DNA of 64,000 nucleotides from Thermodesulfobacteriota bacterium (GTDB lineage Bacteria > Desulfobacterota > Binatia > Bin18): NCBI GenBank assembly GCA_964291405.2, contig OZ219926.1:2528001-2592000 (forward strand), read 5' to 3'. Shown piece by piece: positions 1-9,534 of this stretch. Each line of letters opens with the position of its first letter. Positions within the stretch are counted from its first letter, which is position 1. The notes below the pieces were generated by a model that worked only from the letters and a program-made list of their open reading frames with translations, was not told where the DNA came from and did no database searches. The translations under genes and the position numbers were made by a program.

Positions 1-1170
1 GATTTCATGCCCGTCCACGACCAAAATGGTGTCGCGGCTGATCGTCTCGCGGACTTCCTTGCACAAGCGGAGCGGATGAACCGGGGTGGCGTCCGAGTGC
101 AGCAGCGGAGCCGAGCGCTCCCTATTGGAGCGTTGTTTGGCTGCAAGCTGGGCAACCCAGGCGGTTTCCTGATTGGGGTCGAACTTGCCACCGGCCTCTT
201 CCGTCAACTGCTGCAAAACGAGCTTGGCGTCACCGACAATGCCGACGGCCACCCCTCGATTATGACCAATGGCTCTACCATCCAGATTGACGTTGATAAA
301 CTTTGCCGCGGGAGAAAAACGGGGGGCGCGGAGAAACGACAGCATGGAGTTTGCCCGCGCCCCAATGACCAGCACCACGTCAGCCTCGCGAAAGGCCATG
401 GACCGAGCTGCGGGAAAGGCGCGATCATGATCTTCAGGAATGACGCCACGACCCTGCGGAGTGGTGAAAAAAGGAATGCCGGTGGACTCGACAAACCGTT
501 GCAGTTCCGCGCTAGCCTCCGACCACAGGATACCGCTGCCGGTCACAATGAGGGGCTTCTCGGCCTGGGCCAGAAGCTCAATCGTCTGTTTGACCAGGGC
601 CGGGTCTCCAGCCGGCCGACTTTCGATTCGATAGTTCTCCGGCCAGTAGACTTTCTCTTCGTCAACCTTATGCGCCAGCACATCGCCGGGCAGGTCGAGA
701 TATACCGGGCCTTTCTTACCGTCCATGGCTTCCCGAAAGGCAATACTGACATATTCGGGCACCCGCTGGGCCATATCAATACGATACGCCGCCTTGACCA
801 CGGGCTTCATCATGGCGACTTGGTCCATCTCCTGAAAGGCGTCAAGCGTGGTTGCCCGCATGGGAGCGGACCCGCCGATGGCAATAATCGGAGCGGAGTC
901 CGCCCAGGCGTTGGCCAGTCCGGTCACGGCGTTGGCCGTGCCAGGACCGGACGGGGTGATACAGATGCCGGGCTTGCCCGTGACCCTGGCGTAGGCGTGG
1001 GCCATCATGGCCGCGGCCTGTTCATGGCGGACATAAATACCCTGCATGCCCAGGTCGAGACAGGCCGCCGCGGTGCCGCTGGTCGGCCCGCCCATCATGA
1101 AGAAAATGGTATCGACGTTTTCTCGCTTGAAACTCTGTGCAATCAATTCTTCCCCTCGAACTGTGCCCAT
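1..1170 (-). CDS. Thiamine-diphosphate-dependent enzyme (2-hydroxyacyl-CoA lyase/oxalyl-CoA decarboxylase/ALS-like); 3' end beyond window
   Basis: Not in ORF track. Hand translation from ATG 1170 (AGGAGG RBS): MGTVRGEELIAQSFKRENVDTIFFMMGGP...VRHEQAAAMMAHAYARVTGKPGICITPSGPGTAN...AFQEMDQ...GPVYLDLPGD, typical ThDP N-terminal motifs. Confidence 0.9.
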   Translation of the reverse strand, partial: MGTVRGEELIAQSFKRENVDTIFFMMGGPTSGTAAACLDLGMQGIYVRHEQAAAMMAHAYARVTGKPGICITPSGPGTANAVTGLANAWADSAPIIAIGGSAPMRATTLDAFQEMDQVAMMKPVVKAAYRIDMAQRVPEYVSIAFREAMDGKKGPVYLDLPGDVLAHKVDEEKVYWPENYRIESRPAGDPALVKQTIELLAQAEKPLIVTGSGILWSEASAELQRFVESTGIPFFTTPQGRGVIPEDHDRAFPAARSMAFREADVVLVIGARANSMLSFLRAPRFSPAAKFINVNLDGRAIGHNRGVAVGIVGDAKLVLQQLTEEAGGKFDPNQETAWVAQLAAKQRSNRERSAPLLHSDATPVHPLRLCKEVRETISRDTILVVDGHEI

Positions 1171-1235
1171 AGTGTTCCTCCTTATTTCTCCAGCTTCTCT
1201 GTTTCCTCTACCATATCCGCCCCAGCCAGGCGGGT

Positions 1236-3827
1236 TTAACCCCACTCGAAACCCGCCCGCAGATAATAGAACCCGCCGTTATACCCATACGGCGAGACGA
1301 CCGGGTATTTCATGCCATGGCGGCCGGCATACTTGTTTTTGGTCGGATATGTATCGAACAGGTTTTGCGCGCCAAGCGCCAGGGTCACGCCGCCGAACAC
1401 GCCGTTGAAAAAAGTATAGGACGCCTCCAGGTCGAGCAGGGCGCGCGCGTGGGCGTGGACAGGGTTTGTGGGTCTGAATATCGGGAAATCTTTGAAATCG
1501 TCGTAGTAATGGAGTCGGGTGAGCAACCGCCACGGTCCCCAGCTATGATCTGCGGTCAGCGTGAAGCGGAACTCTGGGTCGGTATTCTCAATCTGGGCGG
1601 CCCGCAGGTCATTGGTGATTTGCGGGTTACGCTTGTCGACCTTGGTATTATTCCAGTTACCGGCAAAGGTGAACATGGTAGAGCCGGCCCTGCCGTCGAG
1701 CCACTCCAGGGGGTAGGTCGCTACCACATCGAACCCCTGGGTCGTCGTGCCGAAGTCGTTGTTGAAGTAACTGACCTGGCCGCCCACAATGTCGATACCG
1801 GTGGCGGCCAAGGCGGCTTTATCCGCCTCGGTCAGGAGGAAATTCTGGCTTAACATAATCCGCCGGCGCACCTCCATATTATAGTAGTCGGCGGTGACAG
1901 ACAGGGCGCCGAGCGTGATGACCGCGCCGAGGCTGAAGCTGGTTGAGTGTTCGGGGCTCAGCGGCTTGCCCCCCTTCTGTTGGGCAATCGGATCGTTACC
2001 CGACAGCACATAGGTTAAGTTCAGTTCGCCGGTTTCGGCGTTGAGGCTCGATGTTATATTCCGATAGTTGGCCTGTCCGACAGTTGGCGCCCGAAAGTTC
2101 GTCCCGATGGAGCCGCGCAGTGCCAGGTAGTCGTCAAGCAGGCTCCAGCGGGCGGCCAGCTTGCCATTGAGAGATTCACCGATGCCTTTATGGTGCTCAA
2201 ACCGACCGGCGGCGGTGAGCAACACATCGGTCAGGACATCGGCCTCCAGGTCGAGATACGCGCCAAAACTGTCCCGGCTGGACTCGGTCGCCTCCGCGGG
2301 CGACGTGCCTGGGTGGCCGGAGACCGCGACCGCGAGGCCCTGTCGGGCCAGCATGTCGTCACGGAGATAGGAATTCGGCTCCCCGGTTCCGCTCTCAAAG
2401 GTTTCTTCACGGTACTCCAGGCCGAAAGCGACGTTCAGCGGAGAGGCGAACAGGCCGATGTCGAATGGCCGGGAGAGGTCCAGGTTGAATATCTTGTCCC
2501 GCTCCTCGTACCTGCGGGTTCTGTACTGGGTCGGAATCGCGGCCTTGAGGCTGATCAGATTCGGATTCACGCTGTTCCTGAGATAGGTGTCCATACCGTT
2601 CTGACCGAACCCGGCGCTCATATCGTAGTGCCAGCCGTCCAGCAGAGTGAGGGCGCTACGCAGACTCCCACGCAGACCGAAGGCGAGGCTCCAGTCGTTC
2701 ACCACACCCCGGAACCGGGGTGTGAACCCGCCCGGAAATGCCTGGGCCAGGGCGTAGCAGTCGTCCAGGCCCAGCAGCGGGGCGAGGGCGGCCGGGCCCT
2801 GCGTCACATAATCGCTCGCCGTGACCGTCGGGCAGTTGCCGGACCGCCCGTCCGCGGACAGGTCGGCGACCAGTAGTTCATCGCCCTGCGCGAACACGCC
2901 GGGAAAACTGGCCGGATTGCGCCAGTAGAACGTGTCTTCAATCTCGCGCTCCGCATAGTTACCGAAGGCATACAGCTGATGGTCGTCGCCGAGGTCCAGG
3001 CCGAGGTTGCCGAAGAATTTATAGTCATACTTCACGTCCGGGGCGCCCCAGGGCTGGGTCGCCGATCTGCGGATAAAGGCGTTGCCGTTCTCGATCATGC
3101 GGCGGGCATCGTCGCGCTGCACGCTGCGGTTGGTCGAATCCGCGTTGGTGAACTCAAAACTGAAGTTGGCAAAACCGGCCTCGGTCAGCGGCAGGCCGAT
3201 GTTGGCCGCGACATTCAGCCGGTCGCCGTCGCCGTGGTAGTGCTGCCCCAGATTGGTTTCCAGGCTGCCGCCCTCGGGCGCGTCGCGCAGCACGAAATTC
3301 AGCACCCCGGCCACTGCGTCAGAGCCATACTGCGCGCCGGCTCCGTCGCGCAGGACCTCCACTCGTTTGAGGGCGATGGACGGGATGGAGGCGATATCCG
3401 TCCCGTGCGAACCGCTCGCCAACCCATAACTCCAGCGGGTAATCGCGGAGGAGCGGTGTCGGCGTTTGCCGTTGACCAGCACCAGGGTCGAGTCCGGCGG
3501 CAGGCCGCGCAGCTTGGCCGGGCGGACCAGGGCGGCCTCGACACCGATACCATACTGAAAGACCTTGTAGGATGGGACGGTCGCGGACAACAGGTCGTTC
3601 ATATCCGTGCTGCCGTAGTGCTTGAGGCTGTCACCGTCAATCACGTCTACCGGCACAGGCGAATCCGCCGCGGAGCGGCCCGCCGAGCGGGAACCGACCA
3701 CCCGGATTTCTTCGAGTCCGACAACCTCCTCTTCCTGCTCAGCCTGCTGCGCCCCGGCCGGCGGCGAGCCTATCAAAACCAGGAGCGACACCAGGAGACC
3801 GCGTAGCGACTGTCCCGGTTTCCTCAT
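1236..3827 (-). CDS. TonB-dependent outer-membrane receptor
   Basis: Signal peptide; plug motifs SPVPVDVI, LRGL.PD.TLVLVNGKRRH, IP..ALKRVEVLRDGAGAQYGSDAVAGVLNFVL; aromatic C-terminal beta strand. Confidence 0.93.
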   Translation of the reverse strand: MRKPGQSLRGLLVSLLVLIGSPPAGAQQAEQEEEVVGLEEIRVVGSRSAGRSAADSPVPVDVIDGDSLKHYGSTDMNDLLSATVPSYKVFQYGIGVEAALVRPAKLRGLPPDSTLVLVNGKRRHRSSAITRWSYGLASGSHGTDIASIPSIALKRVEVLRDGAGAQYGSDAVAGVLNFVLRDAPEGGSLETNLGQHYHGDGDRLNVAANIGLPLTEAGFANFSFEFTNADSTNRSVQRDDARRMIENGNAFIRRSATQPWGAPDVKYDYKFFGNLGLDLGDDHQLYAFGNYAEREIEDTFYWRNPASFPGVFAQGDELLVADLSADGRSGNCPTVTASDYVTQGPAALAPLLGLDDCYALAQAFPGGFTPRFRGVVNDWSLAFGLRGSLRSALTLLDGWHYDMSAGFGQNGMDTYLRNSVNPNLISLKAAIPTQYRTRRYEERDKIFNLDLSRPFDIGLFASPLNVAFGLEYREETFESGTGEPNSYLRDDMLARQGLAVAVSGHPGTSPAEATESSRDSFGAYLDLEADVLTDVLLTAAGRFEHHKGIGESLNGKLAARWSLLDDYLALRGSIGTNFRAPTVGQANYRNITSSLNAETGELNLTYVLSGNDPIAQQKGGKPLSPEHSTSFSLGAVITLGALSVTADYYNMEVRRRIMLSQNFLLTEADKAALAATGIDIVGGQVSYFNNDFGTTTQGFDVVATYPLEWLDGRAGSTMFTFAGNWNNTKVDKRNPQITNDLRAAQIENTDPEFRFTLTADHSWGPWRLLTRLHYYDDFKDFPIFRPTNPVHAHARALLDLEASYTFFNGVFGGVTLALGAQNLFDTYPTKNKYAGRHGMKYPVVSPYGYNGGFYYLRAGFEWG

Positions 3828-3874
3828 ATACTTCTCTCACCCATTGACTGAGCCTGGTGCGTGAGCGCCAGGTC

Positions 3875-6562
3875 TCAGAATGAATACGACGCCCTGAAAT
3901 AGTAGAACCCACCATTGTACCCATATGGTGAGGCGACCGGATACTTCTGGCCATAGTCGCGGGCATACCGGTTTTTGGTCGGATAGGTGTCGAGCAGGTT
4001 GTCCACGCCGGCCGCAAACCCGAGACCGTTCTGAAACATATACGACGCTTCTATGTCGAGCAGCGCGCGGGCATGGGCGTAGATGGGCTGGGTATCAATA
4101 TCTTGATGCCGCTCGGTGAAATCGTCGTAGTAATGCAGCCGGGTGAGGAACCGCCACGGTCCCCAGGTGTGGTTCGCCATCAGCGAGAAACGGAATTCCG
4201 GCTCAAGCTCTTCCAACTGATGTTTGCGCAGAGAACCGATGACCTGCGAATTGATCGAATCGAGATTGATTTTGGTGTCGTTCCAGTTACCGGCGAAGGT
4301 CAACATGGTCGTGCCGATGCTGCCGCCGAACAGTTCCAGCGGATAGGTGGCCACCAGATCGATGCCTTGCGTATAGGTCTCAAACGCGTTGGCGAAGAAC
4401 TTGACGGTCCGTACGCCGCTGGCGTCAACGCCCTGGGCCGCTAGGGCGGCGACATCGTCAGCGGTGATGCTCTGCGAATCGGTCAGCCCGATCCGGTTTC
4501 TGATTTCTATGTTGTAATAGTCCAGGGTGACGGACAGGGCATCAATGGAGAGCACCGCGCCAACGGAAAAGGAGAAGGAGGTTTCTGGCGTGAGCGGCTT
4601 GGCCCCCTTGTATTGGGCAATCGGGTCGCTACCCGGCAGGGTCGGCTGTTCGACGAGGTTGCCGTCGGCATCCAGGCCGAAGGTGGTGTCCCGGTAGTTT
4701 GCCTGTCCCACGGTCGGCGCCCGAAAGCCCGTACCAAAGGAGCCGCGTACGGCCAGGTATTCTTCGAGCAGGTCCCAGCGACCGGCCAGCTTGCCGTCCA
4801 GGGACTCGCCGATGCCTTCATGATGCTCGAAGCGGCCCGCGGCGCTGAGCAACACCTGCTCGATGACGTTGGCTTCCAGGTCGATATACGCCCCGAAACT
4901 GCCCCGGTTGGCCTCCATCCCATGCTCGGGCCGGATGCCGGGATACGCGTTGGTGCCGATGTCGAAGCCCTGCTGGGCCAGACCGCGGCGGTTCGGATCC
5001 CGACTCCCACCCCCGCATTCTCCTTCGTCATCAACGCACCAGGCGTTTTGCTCGCCGGTTTCGATCTCGTAGTCTTCCTCCCGGTACTCCAGTCCGAAGG
5101 CGACGTTCAGCGGGGAATAGAACAGCCCGATGTCGAACGGCCGGGAGAGGTCCAGGTTGAATATCTTGTCCTGCTGCTGGTAAGCGCGCGAGAAAAATTC
5201 GGTCGGAATCCCCTCTCGGAGGCGGGCGAGTTGCGGGTTGACGCTATTCCAGACCACATAGGTCGTGCGGTGCTGGCCGAACACGGCGCTCATGTCGTAG
5301 TTCCAGCCGTCGAGCAGCGAAGAGGCGCTCTGCAACGTCCCGCGCAGGCCGAAGGCGATACCCCAGTCTTCCACGCCGCCGCGCAGCCGCGGGATAAACC
5401 CGCCCGGAAAGGTCTGGCCCAACCAGTGGCAATCCGCGCCCAGCCCGCTCACAGCGGCTTGGCCGTTTTCCAGATAATCGCGTCCGGTGATGTTTTTCGG
5501 ACAGCCGCCGCTTCTGCCGTCCGGCGACAGGTCGGCGATCAACAAGGGGTCGTCCAGGGACCAGCCGCCGCCCGGACCGCTCGGGTCCGTAAAGACCCCC
5601 GGACGCGCGTACGGGCTACGCCAGTACCATGAGTCATAAATCTCCCGTTCCGCCCAACTGCCGAAGGCGTAGGCGTGGTGATGGTCGCCGAGGTCGAGGC
5701 CGAAATTGCCGAAGAATTTATAGTCGTACGGTACGTCCGGCGCGCCCCAGACCTGCACCGCAGACCTGCGGACGTGCTCGTTGCCGCTGGCGATTGCCGC
5801 CAGCGCGTCGGTGCGCTGCACGCTGCGGTTGGTCGAGTCAGCGTTGGTGAACTCGAAGCTGAGGTTGGCAAACCCGGCGTCGGTCAGCGGCAAGCCGATG
5901 TTGGCCGCCGTGCTCACCTGGTCGCCGTCACCCTGATAATACTGGCCCCAGCGGGCTTCGACCGTCCCGCCCTCGGGCGCGTCGCGCAGCACAAAATTCA
6001 GCACACCGGCCACCGCGTCGGAGCCGTACTGCGCACCCGCGCCGTCGCGCAGCACTTCCACCCGTTTAAGCGCGATGGACGGGATCGAGCGAATGTCGGC
6101 GCCGTGTGCCCCTTGGGCCTGCCCAAAGGTGAAGATGCTGATCGCGGAGGAGCGATGGCGGCGTTTGCCGTTGACCAGCACCAGGGTCGAGTCCGGCGGC
6201 AGCCCGCGCATCTTGGCCGGGCGGACCAGCGCGTTGGCGTCGCCGATGGCGTGCTGGGTGACATTATAGGACGGGATGGTTGCGGCCAGCAGGTTGTTCA
6301 GGTCGCGGACGCCGTAATTCTTGAAGTTGTCACCGTCAATGATATCTACCGGTACGGGCGAATCCGCTGCGGAACGGCCCAACGCCCGGGAGCCGACCAC
6401 TCGGAGTGTTTCAAGTCCGAGGATGGGTTCTGCTTGCTCTCCTTCCTGCTCGACCTCCGGCGCACCGGCCTGTTCCGCGTCTTGTGCCGTGGCCAGCGGT
6501 GTACTCATCAAGACCACGAAGGACACCACGAGTCCGTATTGCCATCGCCCCAATTTCTTCAT
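3875..6562 (-). CDS. TonB-dependent outer-membrane receptor (paralogue of neighbour)
   Basis: Same plug motifs; ends YFRASYSF; start placed at ATG 6562 (MKKLGRW) after GAGGAGGAG. Confidence 0.93.
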   Translation of the reverse strand: MKKLGRWQYGLVVSFVVLMSTPLATAQDAEQAGAPEVEQEGEQAEPILGLETLRVVGSRALGRSAADSPVPVDIIDGDNFKNYGVRDLNNLLAATIPSYNVTQHAIGDANALVRPAKMRGLPPDSTLVLVNGKRRHRSSAISIFTFGQAQGAHGADIRSIPSIALKRVEVLRDGAGAQYGSDAVAGVLNFVLRDAPEGGTVEARWGQYYQGDGDQVSTAANIGLPLTDAGFANLSFEFTNADSTNRSVQRTDALAAIASGNEHVRRSAVQVWGAPDVPYDYKFFGNFGLDLGDHHHAYAFGSWAEREIYDSWYWRSPYARPGVFTDPSGPGGGWSLDDPLLIADLSPDGRSGGCPKNITGRDYLENGQAAVSGLGADCHWLGQTFPGGFIPRLRGGVEDWGIAFGLRGTLQSASSLLDGWNYDMSAVFGQHRTTYVVWNSVNPQLARLREGIPTEFFSRAYQQQDKIFNLDLSRPFDIGLFYSPLNVAFGLEYREEDYEIETGEQNAWCVDDEGECGGGSRDPNRRGLAQQGFDIGTNAYPGIRPEHGMEANRGSFGAYIDLEANVIEQVLLSAAGRFEHHEGIGESLDGKLAGRWDLLEEYLAVRGSFGTGFRAPTVGQANYRDTTFGLDADGNLVEQPTLPGSDPIAQYKGAKPLTPETSFSFSVGAVLSIDALSVTLDYYNIEIRNRIGLTDSQSITADDVAALAAQGVDASGVRTVKFFANAFETYTQGIDLVATYPLELFGGSIGTTMLTFAGNWNDTKINLDSINSQVIGSLRKHQLEELEPEFRFSLMANHTWGPWRFLTRLHYYDDFTERHQDIDTQPIYAHARALLDIEASYMFQNGLGFAAGVDNLLDTYPTKNRYARDYGQKYPVASPYGYNGGFYYFRASYSF

Positions 6563-6589
6563 ACCGGCTCCTCCTCTCAGGTTTGGTCT

Positions 6590-6750
6590 CACGATTGACA
6601 TAAACCGTACGGTTCACGCCTTCTCGTAAGAACCGACAACCATGCCGCTCAAGATGGTGAACCAAGTCGCGGCGTTTCATTTGCTCGTGATAGACAATGG
6701 CTCACAGATAATCTCACGTCCTCGGATGGTCTCTATCCGCAAGAGTGCGA
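6590..6750 (-). pseudogene. hicA: hicB C-terminal remnant plus truncated hicA toxin
   Basis: MKRRDLVHHLERHGCRFLREGVNRTVYVN resembles the HicA N-terminus and then runs into the TonB leader; upstream frame ..IRGREIICEPLSITSK* overlaps it via ATGA. Confidence 0.6.
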
Positions 6751-6955
6751 TTTGCCTCTCCTATGTTGGTATATACATTCAGAATGCATATTTTCAAACA
6801 CGGCTATCAATTCTCCACTTATAAGGTCTCTCAAGGATATCTCGCACTGCGCGGATCTCCCGTCTATGCGTCATTCTGAATAGTTGCTTGCCCGCAGCAA
6901 GCGAAACCGTGTAAGACACAAACATACGAGATAACAGATCAAAAGGAGGAGCACG

Positions 6956-7717
6956 ATGGCAGGCGTATTAGCGGGAAAAATTGCGTTGATTACCGGAGCC
7001 GGTTCAGGGATCGGGCGCGCCTCTGCCCTCGCCTTTGCGCGGGAAGGTGCAACCGTGGTGGTCAGCGATATTATTGCCGACGGAGGCGAGGAGACTGTCC
7101 AACTCGTTAAGGCGGCGGGAGGAGAGGCCCGCTTTCTTCAAGTCGATGTCTCCCAAGCCGCTGAGGTTGAGGGGCTCATCACCCAGATCGTCGAAACGTA
7201 CGGACGCCTTGATTGCGCCTACAACAACGCGGGGATCGAAGGGGAAAACGTGTTGACCGCCGAAACCAGCGAAGAGGGCTGGGACCGTACCATGGCCATT
7301 AACCTCAAGGGCGTCTGGCTGTGCATGAAATATGAGATTCTTCAGATGCTCAAACAGGGCGGCGGTTCCATTGTGAACACCTCCTCGGCTTATGGCTTAG
7401 TGGGCGGCTACCGCCTACCGGCCTATATCGCCAGCAAGCATGGTGTGGTCGGGATTACGCGCTCGGCGGCGTTGGAATACGCGCAGAGCGGTATCCGCGT
7501 GAACTGCGTCTGTCCGGGCGCGATTGAGACGCCCATGGTCAGTCGGCTGACCGAGGGTCAGCCTGAGATGGCCGACAAGATCGCAGAGATGGAGCCGGTC
7601 GGTCGGATGGGTCAGCCGGGAGAAATCGCGGAAGCCGTGGTTTGGCTCAGCTCCGACGCAGCCTCCTTTGTGACCGGCCACACCATGTCGGCGGATGGCG
7701 GCTGGTTGGCCCAATAG
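6956..7717 (+). CDS. Classical short-chain dehydrogenase/reductase
   Basis: TGAGSGIG, NNAG, YIASK motifs; AAGGAGG RBS. Confidence 0.95.
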   Translation: MAGVLAGKIALITGAGSGIGRASALAFAREGATVVVSDIIADGGEETVQLVKAAGGEARFLQVDVSQAAEVEGLITQIVETYGRLDCAYNNAGIEGENVLTAETSEEGWDRTMAINLKGVWLCMKYEILQMLKQGGGSIVNTSSAYGLVGGYRLPAYIASKHGVVGITRSAALEYAQSGIRVNCVCPGAIETPMVSRLTEGQPEMADKIAEMEPVGRMGQPGEIAEAVVWLSSDAASFVTGHTMSADGGWLAQ

Positions 7718-7734
7718 GCCGCGCTGATCTCATC

Positions 7735-8181
7735 TCACCTCGTGACAGACTGGATTCTGAATGCTTTTCCTGATCGTCCAAGCATCCTCTTCCATCTCTC
7801 CATGTCTGTAACATTTTCGGTCACCAATGCGGCGTGCGCTCGCACCGCACACAGGGCAATTAAAATGTCATTAATATGATCCCGAGGTTCCACTTCTCCA
7901 TACTGCTGCTGATAGCGAGCAAGAAGCACCCCGCTTAAGATCCAGTCATCATGGTTCGGGGTCACCATATATCCTCGTCTTACGAACGCTTGGCTGATGC
8001 CATCGTAGTTCTTCTTATCGGCTCGTGTCCGCGCCCCCGCATAGAGTTCCTGCATGACTACCGAGCTCAAGCGTGCCCTGCCGCTGCGAAGCGCCCGTTG
8101 GAAGAGCGCTTCATCCGCTTCTCCCCGAATAATGGGAATTAACACGGAAGAGTCGAAGAGGAGAGCACGGCTCTGCGCCAC
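7735..8181 (-). CDS. vapC: PIN-domain (VapC-like) toxin
   Basis: FDSSVLI, VMQELYAG, NDILIA, LVTEN..D acidic PIN residues. Confidence 0.85.
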   Translation of the reverse strand: MAQSRALLFDSSVLIPIIRGEADEALFQRALRSGRARLSSVVMQELYAGARTRADKKNYDGISQAFVRRGYMVTPNHDDWILSGVLLARYQQQYGEVEPRDHINDILIALCAVRAHAALVTENVTDMERWKRMLGRSGKAFRIQSVTR

Positions 8182-8186
8182 GATCC

Positions 8187-8402
8187 CTACCCCTTCTTCG
8201 TACGCTTATAGGCATCCCGGAGGGTGCCCCGGTGACGGAGTTGTTGAATATGTTTCATGACCTCCTCTGCAAAAAGGCGGTCAGCAATAGCAATCCGGAT
8301 CGCCTCGGATTCGCTCTTTGCCTGTAATTGCTCGACAAGGCGCTGCACCTGATCCTCTTCCAGCATGACATTCTTACGGGTCAGCGGAACCGCTCGATTC
8401 AT
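8187..8402 (-). CDS. vapB: VapB-like antitoxin
   Basis: 71 aa, RKNVML beta strand then helices (SESEAIR), immediately upstream of PIN gene; AGGAGG RBS. Confidence 0.75.
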   Translation of the reverse strand: MNRAVPLTRKNVMLEEDQVQRLVEQLQAKSESEAIRIAIADRLFAEEVMKHIQQLRHRGTLRDAYKRTKKG

Positions 8403-8508
8403 AGGCTCTACCTCCTACGTATAATTTTCTAATATATTACACACTCTGGAGATGAGCAAGCGGAGGTGTCAAGTGAGCGGGGTGTAACCTGACCCCCTCT
8501 ATCCTTTA

Positions 8509-9006
8509 TCAGATGGCATCCTCAACAGAGAAGTGAAACTGAATACGCCTACCGTCTCGGCCTTCCATCTCTCGCCCTTTTGGTGGTTCGCTCGTAACGG
8601 CTTCAAGGCACGATTCCCAGAATTGAACGGCGGCAGAGTTCTGAGCATAGACTTGCAACTCCCACTGCCCAGGAAACTGTTTCAAGATCGCACGGACTGC
8701 ACTCCGCCCAATGCCGAGGCGTCGACTCTCAGGCTTGATGTAGAACTCCGCGAGTTGATAGACGGCGGACTCTGTAGAGGCCGGATCTCGGATGAGGGCA
8801 AACCCTACGGAATGGCCTCCGTACTGAATGATGAATGCGTACCGACCGGACTCGGACCAATAGGCGTCGAGGTACGAGTAGGGGGCCGAGGTGATCGTAC
8901 CGCTGGGAACATCTCGATAGCTACCGAGTTCGAGCAAGTATTCGTCAAGGAGCGACTTTATCAGGTCTGCATCCGAACTGCCCGCTACCACGAGTTCAGT
9001 CTGCAT
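8509..9006 (-). CDS. GNAT family acetyltransferase
   Basis: EFYIKPESRRLGIG acetyl-CoA motif A; N..A..FW. Confidence 0.85.
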   Translation of the reverse strand: MQTELVVAGSSDADLIKSLLDEYLLELGSYRDVPSGTITSAPYSYLDAYWSESGRYAFIIQYGGHSVGFALIRDPASTESAVYQLAEFYIKPESRRLGIGRSAVRAILKQFPGQWELQVYAQNSAAVQFWESCLEAVTSEPPKGREMEGRDGRRIQFHFSVEDAI

Positions 9007-9050
9007 ATAAGACAGAACTCCTACTTCCTTTGAATGGTTTTATGTCCCCC

Positions 9051-9464
9051 TCACCCAAACCGCACCACGGTCTCCGGGCTATGGGCTACGACCGAGACAA
9101 TCTGCCAGCGGTCGTCCGTCTTGCGCAGGGTGTAGGTTGCTCCTAATCGTTCCAGCTCTTCCCCGGCTTTGGTGTAGCGCACGGCAAGACCACTGAGGAG
9201 CGCGATCCGATCCGTCATCTCTTTGATCTGAATGTTCGTGACTTCGCTGCGCCCATAATTCCGGCCTTTGAGGTCCTGGATAATCTGCGCGAAGAGCTTT
9301 TCAATCTCCGCCTCGCTTGAAAGCAGGGTTACGCCTTGGTCTGCAATAAACAGACAAGGCGCGCGGTAGAACGGCACCATCGCCTTGGCCTCTCCCGAGT
9401 GAAACGTATCCAGATAGCTTGCGTAGAATTGTTGAATGTCCTCTTGTTGGTTTGTCATTGTCAT
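9051..9464 (-). CDS. NTF2-like (SnoaL/DUF4440-type) protein
   Basis: Helix then beta meander ending TYTLRKTDDRWQIVSV; AAGGAG RBS before 9464/9458. Confidence 0.7.
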   Translation of the reverse strand: MTMTNQQEDIQQFYASYLDTFHSGEAKAMVPFYRAPCLFIADQGVTLLSSEAEIEKLFAQIIQDLKGRNYGRSEVTNIQIKEMTDRIALLSGLAVRYTKAGEELERLGATYTLRKTDDRWQIVSVVAHSPETVVRFG

Positions 9465-9534
9465 AAGACTCCTTTCTGCGTGTAGTGTTGCACCCTTTAC
9501 CACCCGAACCGAGCCGGATACAAGCCAGAGCAGG

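Noticed and set aside
7-1239. 410-aa plus-strand ORF
   Set aside because: Antisense shadow of the ThDP enzyme; no motifs of its own
2190-6598. Long plus-strand ORFs over the TonB genes (and similar ones over the Mo-subunit genes)
   Set aside because: Typical antisense open frames in GC-rich coding DNA
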